Source: Actinomycetota bacterium (GTDB taxonomy: Bacteria > Actinomycetota > Actinomycetes > JACCUZ01). From it: a stretch of DNA of 43,549 nt. The stretch is from positions 1 through 43,549 of the forward strand of contig JAVEDJ010000309.1 in assembly GCA_030841025.1 (NCBI GenBank), given 5' to 3'. Shown here in pieces: positions 36,535 through 43,549 of the stretch (positions are counted from its first letter, which is position 1; every line of letters begins with the position of its first letter). Made by a program: the position numbers and the translations under genes. The notes below the pieces were generated by a model. The model ran no database searches. It was not told the DNA's origin and saw only the letters and a list, made by a program, of their open reading frames with translations.

Positions 36535-37943
36535 AGCTCGAACTCGTGCGGGTGCGGCCGCAGACGGATCGGATCCACCTCGTTGGTGCGCTTCCAGTCG
36601 ATCCACGTCTCGATCAGGTCCGGGGTGAAGACCCCGCCCTCGAGCAGGTAGCCGTGGTCCGCCTCGAGGTGGTCCAGGACCGCCTCGAGGGACGCGGGGA
36701 CCTGGGCGATCTCGGCGTGCTCGTCCGGCGCGAGCTCGTAGAGGTCCTTGTCGACCGGCTGCTCCGGCTCGATCTTGTTCTTGATGCCGTCCAAGCCTGC
36801 CATCAACATCGCCGAGAAGGCGAGGTAGGGGTTGGACGAGGGGTCCGGGACGCGGAACTCGATGCGCTTGGCCTTCGGGTTCGCACCAGTGATCGGGATG
36901 CGGATGCAAGCCGAACGGTTGCGCTGCGAGTAGACCAGGTTGACGGGTGCCTCGTAGCCGGGGACCAGCCGGTGGTAGCTGTTCACGGTCGGGTTCGTGA
37001 ACGCCAGCAACGACGGTGCGTGCTTGAGGAGCCCACCGATGTAGTGCCGTGCGGTGTCCGACAGGCCGGCGTAGCCGAGCTCGTCGTAGAACAGCGGTGA
37101 GCCGTCCTTCCACAGCGACTGGTGGCAGTGCATGCCGGATCCGTTGTCACCGAACAGCGGCTTGGGCATGAAGGTCGCGGTCTTGCCGGCCTCCCAGGCG
37201 ACGTTCTTGATGATGTACTTGAACAGCATCAGCTTGTCGCCCGCGTGCAGCAGCGTGTCGAACTTGTAGTTGATCTCGGCCTGCCCTGCGGTGCCCACCT
37301 CGTGGTGCGCCCGCTCGACCTCGAGGCCCGCCTCGTTGAGACGCAGGCTCATCTGGTCGCGCAGGTCCGCGTAGTGGTCGACCGGCGGCACCGGGAAGTA
37401 ACCGCCCTTGTAGCGCGTCTTGTAGCCGCGGTTGCCGCCCTCCTCGACCCTGCCCGAGTTCCACGCGCCCTCGATCGAGTCGATGAAGTAGTAGCCCGCA
37501 TTGGCCTTGGTCTCGAAGCGCACGTCGTCAAAGACGTAGAACTCCGCCTCCGGCCCGAAGTAGACGGTGTCGGCGATGCCCGAGCCCTTGAGGTAGGCCT
37601 CGGCCTTGGCCGCGATGTTGCGCGGGTCCCGGCTGTAGGGCTCATCGGTGAACGGGTCGACGATCGAGAAGTTCAGCGCCAGGGTCTTCTCGGTGCGGAA
37701 CGGGTCCAGGTAGGCCGTCGCCGGGTCAGGGATCAGCTTCATGTCCGACTCATGGATGGCCTGGAAGCCGCGGATCGAGGACCCGTCGAACATCTGTCCC
37801 TCGGTGAAGAAGGTCTCGTCGACGGACTGCGCCGGCACGTTGAAGTGCTGCATCACTCCCGGCAGATCGCAGAAGCGGACGTCGACGAACTTGACGTCCT
37901 CCTTCTTGATGAAGCGCAGGACCTCGTCCGCGTTGCTGAACAT
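36519..37943 (-). CDS. glnA: Type I glutamine synthetase (GSI-beta)
   Basis: [52 protein letters not shown], adenylylation motif DKDLY; AGGAGG RBS. Confidence 0.98.
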   Translation of the reverse strand: MFSNADEVLRFIKKEDVKFVDVRFCDLPGVMQHFNVPAQSVDETFFTEGQMFDGSSIRGFQAIHESDMKLIPDPATAYLDPFRTEKTLALNFSIVDPFTDEPYSRDPRNIAAKAEAYLKGSGIADTVYFGPEAEFYVFDDVRFETKANAGYYFIDSIEGAWNSGRVEEGGNRGYKTRYKGGYFPVPPVDHYADLRDQMSLRLNEAGLEVERAHHEVGTAGQAEINYKFDTLLHAGDKLMLFKYIIKNVAWEAGKTATFMPKPLFGDNGSGMHCHQSLWKDGSPLFYDELGYAGLSDTARHYIGGLLKHAPSLLAFTNPTVNSYHRLVPGYEAPVNLVYSQRNRSACIRIPITGANPKAKRIEFRVPDPSSNPYLAFSAMLMAGLDGIKNKIEPEQPVDKDLYELAPDEHAEIAQVPASLEAVLDHLEADHGYLLEGGVFTPDLIETWIDWKRTNEVDPIRLRPHPHEFELYFDL

Positions 37944-38014
37944 TCATCCTCCTTGTGGGCGCGCGACGGTCGCACGCCAGCTGTGCTGCCGATCTGGAAC
38001 GTTAGGGGGGTGCG

Positions 38015-38052
38015 GTTTCCCGACCGTGACCCACGTGTTTCGGCCGTGTTAC
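38015..38052 (-). promoter_or_regulatory. Double GlnR box upstream of glnA
   Basis: GTAAC-n6-GAAAC-n6-GTCAC-n6-GAAAC, followed by TAACGT (-10) at 38004-37999. Confidence 0.88.
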
Positions 38053-38130
38053 GCCTCAGGCTGTCTGTGTGCACGCAGTGGGCGCAAGCAGGGGCGCGGG
38101 CGCGAGGGAGGCGCGACTAGGCTCGCAGGC

Positions 38131-38607
38131 GTGGTGGACAGGCGGGGCGTCGGCGGGTGGCTCGGGGGTCCAGGGTCGGCGTACGGCGGCGCCGGCGGGC
38201 GCGAGAGCGCAGGTGAGGCACCCGTGGGCGGCGCAGGACGGACGGGGGGCCCGCCGGGGCGCGGCCCCGGCTCGCCGGCCGGTCTCGGGCGCCGCTTCGC
38301 GGCCATCGCGATCGACTGGGTCGCGTGCCTGCTGATCGGCCGCCTCTTCTCGGACAGCCAGTGGACCCCGCTGCTGATCTTCGCCGCGGAGAACATCGTG
38401 CTGCTGCCCACGCTGGGCTCGACGTTCGGCATGCGCGTCGTGCGGATCGGCGTGCGCTCCCTGGACGGTGGCCGGCCGTTGTCGCCGCTGCCGGCGCTCG
38501 TGCGGACCCTGCTCCTGTGCGTCGTCGTACCCGCCGTCATCTGGGACTCGCAGTACCGCGGGCTGCACGACCGCGCCGTGCGCAGCGTCGTCGTCAACCT
38601 GCGCTGA
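38131..38607 (+). CDS. RDD family membrane protein
   Basis: GRRFAAIAIDW...RGLHDR; divergent from glnA as usual; TAGGCT 7 nt before GTG 38131. Confidence 0.9.
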   Translation: MVDRRGVGGWLGGPGSAYGGAGGRESAGEAPVGGAGRTGGPPGRGPGSPAGLGRRFAAIAIDWVACLLIGRLFSDSQWTPLLIFAAENIVLLPTLGSTFGMRVVRIGVRSLDGGRPLSPLPALVRTLLLCVVVPAVIWDSQYRGLHDRAVRSVVVNLR

Positions 38608-38643
38608 CGCCGGGCGCGGGCCCCGAGGTCTCCGCTGGATCGA

Positions 38644-39348
38644 TCAGGGGCGCGGGCCCTTGGGCATCCGCATGTTCTTGGGCATCGGGCCCTTGGGGAT
38701 GGGCAGGTTCATCGTCCCCACGGCCTTGAGCCGGCGGTTGACCTCGCTGACCTGGTCGTTCTTCAGGTTGCGCGGCAGCTTCATCAGGTGACGGTTGAGC
38801 TTGCGGAGCGAGACCTGCCCCTCCTCGTTGCCCGCCTGCACGTCATAGATCGGCACATCGGGCACGAACCGCGCGACCTTCTTCTTCTCTTGGGCGAGCA
38901 GGTTCGGCAAGCGGGTCGGGCTGCCCTCGGCGATGAGTACGACGCCGGGTCGGCCCACCGCGCGGTGCACCAGGTCCTGGTTTCGGGTGACGGCGACGCC
39001 AGGTGTCACCGTCCAGCCACGGCGCAGCATGTTCAGGGCCGCGGCAGCAGCGCCAGGCTGGCCCTCGACCTGGGAGAAGGCCGCCTTCTCGGCGCGGCGA
39101 CCGAAGACGATCGTGGCGGCCAGCACGCCGAGCATCAGCCCGAAGATGCCGACGTAGATCGGATGCCCGATCAACAGTCCGATGGCGATCGCCACCGCGA
39201 GGACCAGGAAGAAGGCCGCGGCAGTCACCCAGCCGACCATCCGGTCGACCTTGCGCGTCATGGTGTAGGCGGAGCGGATCTGACCGGTCCGGCTCATCTT
39301 CTTGGGGGCGGCAGCGCCGTCTGGGGCGCTGTCCTTGGTGCGTGCCAT
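38644..39348 (-). CDS. DUF4191 domain membrane protein
   Basis: 2 TM segments, EGQPGAAAAAL, DLVHRAVGRPGVVLIAEG, IPKGPMP; usual lipA-glnA context. Confidence 0.92.
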   Translation of the reverse strand: MARTKDSAPDGAAAPKKMSRTGQIRSAYTMTRKVDRMVGWVTAAAFFLVLAVAIAIGLLIGHPIYVGIFGLMLGVLAATIVFGRRAEKAAFSQVEGQPGAAAAALNMLRRGWTVTPGVAVTRNQDLVHRAVGRPGVVLIAEGSPTRLPNLLAQEKKKVARFVPDVPIYDVQAGNEEGQVSLRKLNRHLMKLPRNLKNDQVSEVNRRLKAVGTMNLPIPKGPMPKNMRMPKGPRP

Positions 39349-39404
39349 GACGCGCAGGATACGGTGCTCGCTGACCGAGTCGTGCAACGGCCGAGCAGGA
39401 GCAG

Positions 39405-40181
39405 ATGCGCTACCTCGACTTTCTTCGTGGGCTCCACAGCCACCTACAGCCATCCACCTACCTCGAGATCGGCATCCGCAACGGCGGCAGCCTCGCGCTC
39501 TCGCGGTGCCGCAGCGTGGGGATCGACCCCGCCTACAACCTCACCGCGGAGATCGACGGCGACCTCGCGCTCTTCCGCACGATCAGCGACGAGTACTTCT
39601 CGCGGCCCGAGCCGCTGGCGCCCTTCGGGAACCGGCCGATCGACCTGGCGTTCATCGACGGTTTGCACCTGTTCGAGTTCGCCCTGCGTGACTTCATCTA
39701 TGTCGAGCGGTACGCCGCCACGGGCGGGGTCGCCATCTTCGACGACGTCTTCCCTCGCACCGTGGACGAGGCGGCGCGCGACCGTCACACGGTGTCCTGG
39801 ACAGGTGACGTGTTCAAGGTGCTGCAGGTGCTCGAGCGATACCGCCCGGACCTGGCCTGCATCCGGGTCGGCACGCAGCCGACGGGTCTGTTCGTGGTGG
39901 CCGGGCTCGATCCGACGTCCACGGTCCTGCACGACCACTACGACGAGATCATCGAGCAGTACATCACCGCCGACCCGCAGGACGTGCCGGCCGAGATCCT
40001 CGACCGCGCGGGAGTGCAACCGCCGCAGCGGGTGCTCGACTCACCGGTCTGGGAGGTCATCCGAGCGGCCCGGGAGATCGGCGCGTCCAACGAGCAGCTT
40101 CGCCCGGACCTGGCCGAATCCCTGCGGACGAGCCTGGGCCTGTCACCGACGGGCGCGGCAGGGGCGGCAGGGACGGCCTAG
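39405..40181 (+). CDS. Class I SAM-dependent methyltransferase (Methyltransf_24-like)
   Basis: YLEIGIRNGGSL, DLAFIDGLHLFE.ALRDF, IFDDV, WTGDVFK; AGGAG RBS. Confidence 0.88.
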   Translation: MRYLDFLRGLHSHLQPSTYLEIGIRNGGSLALSRCRSVGIDPAYNLTAEIDGDLALFRTISDEYFSRPEPLAPFGNRPIDLAFIDGLHLFEFALRDFIYVERYAATGGVAIFDDVFPRTVDEAARDRHTVSWTGDVFKVLQVLERYRPDLACIRVGTQPTGLFVVAGLDPTSTVLHDHYDEIIEQYITADPQDVPAEILDRAGVQPPQRVLDSPVWEVIRAAREIGASNEQLRPDLAESLRTSLGLSPTGAAGAAGTA

Positions 40182-42172
40182 TTCCGACCCCGCGCCCCAC
40201 GCGGCACGCGACGTGCCGCGCTGGGAGCCGGCGGTGCCAGGCGCCGGCGTACCCCTCGGAGGGCCCGGCGCAGCCCCGGCACCCGCCGGACCACGGCCCG
40301 AAGCCGACGGCTCCCGGCGGACTGCGGTGCCGCGGTCGTCTTCCGCGCCCGCTCGATCTGCACGCGACCGTCCTGAGCGACGACGGCGACCAGCCCCAGC
40401 GGTGTCACCTTGCCCTGGAGCTCGAGCGAGAGGCGGTGTCGGCCGGGCACCGCGCTGAGCCAGGATTCCACCCGTGCCTGTCCCGTGGTGCCGGCCGCGA
40501 TGAGCCGTCCGGGCACCGGCAGCTTGCCGATCCGTACGGCGCACGGTCGCTCCCCGTCTCCGGACACGTGCAAGCCGGGCAGCTCGATCACCATCCGCGA
40601 GCCCGACGCCCCGTGCGTCACCTGGACGTCGCGTGGCTGTAGACGGAGCTTGGCGGCCAGCGGGACCTGCGGTACGTCCACGGCGAGGATCACGTTCCCG
40701 TTCTTGGTGACGGACGGGACAACCGGCGTCCCGTCCACGAGGGCTGGCTCTGGCAACGGCGTCGGCCCTGGTAGCGGCTCGGTCACATGGAAGCCGATCA
40801 GCCCGGTGACCGCCCGCAGCTGCCAGCGACCGGGGCCCAGCGGGGCATCGTCCTGCCCGGTACGGACGTCGAGGAGCAGGTGGTGCGCCAACGTCGGCGT
40901 CAGGTTGCCGTCGTCATCTTCCTCGAATGACTGCGTGGTCCCGCCCGGCAGCATGGTGAACATGCCGAGCTCGCTGTGTCGCACGAGTGGCCGGATGTCC
41001 GCCTTGGGCAGCTCGTCGGTCATGTCGAGCAGTGCCGGGTCGATGTTGGTGCCGACGTCGATGGGCGGCACCCAGAAGATGCGTCCCTCACGCCTGCGAA
41101 AGGTGATCGGGCGCCCGTCCGCATAGCGCATCGTTACCGAGACGTCGAGGTGGAGCACTCCGTCGCGCCACTGTGCGGAGCTGATGACGGGTGTCGCGGT
41201 CATTCGGGCGATCGCCTGGCCCATCGCCACGACCCGCTCCTTGTCGCCCGAGCGGAGCAGCGCGGACAGGACACGGCGGAATGGGCTGAGGTACCTGTCG
41301 GAGGACGCGAACCGGGTTCGGGACAGCTCGCCGCCGATCGTGATCAGCTCGTCCTGCTTCTGGGGGTCCGGGCGAGAGGTGTTGCGCTCGATGAAGTTCA
41401 GGACCTTGCCGTTGTACCAGCGCGCCAGCAGTGCCTCGCGCTCCGGGCCCGGCTCGGTGTTGGCCTCGACGATGTCGAGCACCTCGACCATGTGCGGGTA
41501 GTAGGTCGCGGGGTCGATGCCCCGCGAGTAGTTCGCGGTGTCGTCACGGAACACCCAGAAGTAGCAGGGGTAGTCGGCCAGCACCGAGATGACATCTGCC
41601 GCGAAGTAGGCGGGCAGCACGAGGGCGTGGTCCTCCAGGCGACGCTTGCCCTCCGGAAAGCGGATTCCGTGCTCGAGGAGGAAGGCCCGCCGGAAGAGCT
41701 TGTGCGGCGTGAGCAGGCCGATCAGCGGCCACCATGACAGGTCGACCCGCGGCCGGTTCTGGGCGAACAGGGCGGCGCCGAGCGGCTTGCCCCGCCCGAC
41801 TCGCTGCTCGCGCGCCACCAGCACGTCCGAGCTGTTGGCCTTCGCGTAGTCGTACATGCGGGCGAGCGCCTCGTCGCCGAAGAAGTCATCGTGGTCAGCG
41901 AAGAAGACGTACTCCCCGTTCGCCATGTCGAGGCCGATGTTGCGCGGCTTGCCTGGCCAGCCGGAGTTGGGGATCTGCGTGGTGCGGATGTTCGGGCGCG
42001 CGGCCGCGAGCTGCTCGAGCCGTTCGGCGGTACCGTCCGTCGAGCCGTCGTCGACGAAAACTGCCTCGAACTTGTCGGTGGACAGTGACTGCCGGTCGAG
42101 CGAGTCAACCAGCCTCTGGAGGCCGGTGCCGGAGTTGTAGGTCGCGACCACGACCGATACCAGAACCGTCAT
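40178..42172 (-). CDS. Family 2 glycosyltransferase (TarS-like N-terminal domain)
   Basis: VSVVVATYN, VDDGSTD, NSGWPGKPRN, FADHDD (DxD), TPHKLFRR, RLED. Confidence 0.9.
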   Translation of the reverse strand: MTVLVSVVVATYNSGTGLQRLVDSLDRQSLSTDKFEAVFVDDGSTDGTAERLEQLAAARPNIRTTQIPNSGWPGKPRNIGLDMANGEYVFFADHDDFFGDEALARMYDYAKANSSDVLVAREQRVGRGKPLGAALFAQNRPRVDLSWWPLIGLLTPHKLFRRAFLLEHGIRFPEGKRRLEDHALVLPAYFAADVISVLADYPCYFWVFRDDTANYSRGIDPATYYPHMVEVLDIVEANTEPGPEREALLARWYNGKVLNFIERNTSRPDPQKQDELITIGGELSRTRFASSDRYLSPFRRVLSALLRSGDKERVVAMGQAIARMTATPVISSAQWRDGVLHLDVSVTMRYADGRPITFRRREGRIFWVPPIDVGTNIDPALLDMTDELPKADIRPLVRHSELGMFTMLPGGTTQSFEEDDDGNLTPTLAHHLLLDVRTGQDDAPLGPGRWQLRAVTGLIGFHVTEPLPGPTPLPEPALVDGTPVVPSVTKNGNVILAVDVPQVPLAAKLRLQPRDVQVTHGASGSRMVIELPGLHVSGDGERPCAVRIGKLPVPGRLIAAGTTGQARVESWLSAVPGRHRLSLELQGKVTPLGLVAVVAQDGRVQIERARKTTAAPQSAGSRRLRAVVRRVPGLRRALRGVRRRLAPPAPSAARRVPRGARGRN

Positions 42173-42254
42173 CGGCCGCTGGTCGATGCTGCGGGCAGGG
42201 TCAACATGCGCCGCAGGATACGGGTTCCCCGACCTGCGGGTGGACGGGGCAGGC

Positions 42255-42467
42255 TCAGGCCGGGCGGCGGTGTCCCCCGGAGAGGCTGGCCGCCGTCGGG
42301 GCGAGGGCGGCCAGCAGCTGGGTAGCCGCCTCGCCGTCCTGCTGTCGCGCCTGGATCGCGGAGCTGGCGTTGCGGCGAGACCCCTCGGTGACGGCGGCGG
42401 TGGAGGTGCGCAGCGCGGCCCGAAGGAGTTCGGAGAAGGTGGCCATCGGTGGCATCGCTGGTGTCAT
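42255..42467 (-). CDS. Hypothetical small protein
   Basis: Ala-rich helical ORF filling the lipA-GT2 gap; weak RBS, start uncertain. Confidence 0.35.
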   Translation of the reverse strand: MTPAMPPMATFSELLRAALRTSTAAVTEGSRRNASSAIQARQQDGEAATQLLAALAPTAASLSGGHRRPA

Positions 42468-42530
42468 GAGACCCAGCGAACTCTCCACGGGTTACACCCG
42501 TGTGTCCCCTGCGCAAAACCTGTGGGTCGA

Positions 42531-43466
42531 TCAGGCAGGAGCGCCCGTGCGTGCGGCCACAGCCTGCTGGTAGAGCCGGCCGGCGCGGTAGGAGGAGCGG
42601 ACCAGGGGGCCCGACATCACACCGGCGTACCCGATCTGCTCGGCCTCCGCCTGCAGCTCGACGAACTCCTCGGGCCTGACCCAGCGCACCACGGGGTGAT
42701 GGCGGGGGGAGGGCCGGAGGTACTGGGTGATGGTGATCAGCTCGCAGCCAGCCCCGTGCAGGTCGCGCAGCGCCTCGCTCACCTCGCTGCGCTCCTCGCC
42801 CATGCCGAGGATGAGGTTGGACTTGGTGACCAGGCCCGCCGTTCTCGCCTGACGGATGACCTCGAGCGAGCGCTCGTAGCGGAAGCCCGGGCGGATGCGC
42901 CGAAAGATGCGCGGAACCGTCTCGATGTTGTGCGCGAGCACCTCGGGCTGGGAGCCGAACACCTCGGCCAGCTGCTCGGGCTTGGCGTCGAAGTCAGGGA
43001 TCAACAGCTCAACACCGGTGCCGGCGGTCCGCGCATGGATCTGCCGTACGGTCTCGGCGTACAGCCAGGCGCCACCGTCGGGCAGGTCGTCACGCGCCAC
43101 GCCGGTCACCGTCGCGTAGCGCAGCCCCATCGTGGCCACCGACTCGGCGACCCGCCGCGGTTCGTCGCGGTCGAGCTCGGCCGGCTTGCCGGTGTCGATC
43201 TGGCAGAAGTCGCAGCGGCGGGTGCACTGGTCACCGCCGATGAGGAACGTCGCCTCGCGGTCCTCCCAGCACTCGAAGATGTTGGGGCAACCGGCCTCCT
43301 CGCACACCGTGTGCAGACCCTCGCGCTTGACCAGCGACTTGAGCTCGGAGTACTCCGGACCCATCCGGGCGCGGGTCTTGATCCAGCTCGGCTTCTTCTC
43401 GATGGGCGTCTCGCTGTTGCGGACCTCGAGACGGAGCAGCTTGCGTCCCTCCGGTGCGATCGTCAC
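42531..43466 (-). CDS. lipA: Lipoyl synthase
   Basis: [12 protein letters not shown] and CTRRCDFC cluster motifs, TQYLRPS, VRSSY. Confidence 0.98.
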   Translation of the reverse strand: MTIAPEGRKLLRLEVRNSETPIEKKPSWIKTRARMGPEYSELKSLVKREGLHTVCEEAGCPNIFECWEDREATFLIGGDQCTRRCDFCQIDTGKPAELDRDEPRRVAESVATMGLRYATVTGVARDDLPDGGAWLYAETVRQIHARTAGTGVELLIPDFDAKPEQLAEVFGSQPEVLAHNIETVPRIFRRIRPGFRYERSLEVIRQARTAGLVTKSNLILGMGEERSEVSEALRDLHGAGCELITITQYLRPSPRHHPVVRWVRPEEFVELQAEAEQIGYAGVMSGPLVRSSYRAGRLYQQAVAARTGAPA

Positions 43467-43549
43467 GGCATCAGGGTACGTCGCCCATGGTGGCCTCTTT
43501 TGCCGCGGCCCGCCGGCATAGGGCAGGCTCGTGGCCAGATCGGGGCGCC

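Overview
High-GC actinobacterial chromosome segment. The backbone is the conserved nif3-zinc ribbon-rnhA/cobC, rnpB, map, panB, nadE, glnA2, glnE, glnA, RDD, DUF4191, lipA neighbourhood. Accessory blocks are interleaved: a LAL-type regulator with HD/hydrolase/MFS/MMPL genes, a cupin-TetR pair, a stand-alone histone H1-like protein, two tandem basic secreted GH-A hydrolases, a decayed integrative element at the glnA 3' end, and a methyltransferase/GT2 pair. The most striking element is missing from the ORF track: a 39-aa tandem-repeat peptide (MSDTK-TPGTGWH-[LITPGTGWH]x3, 25069-25188, minus strand). It has an RBS, its repeats differ only at synonymous positions, and it lies directly upstream of a multi-TM/GAF/GGDEF/EAL gene, so the pair is a candidate peptide-responsive c-di-GMP module. 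Also seen: GlnR boxes at both glnA genes, a bulged-A hairpin in the panB leader, a probable CTG start codon and many apparently leaderless genes. All family calls come from motif recognition; no searches were run.
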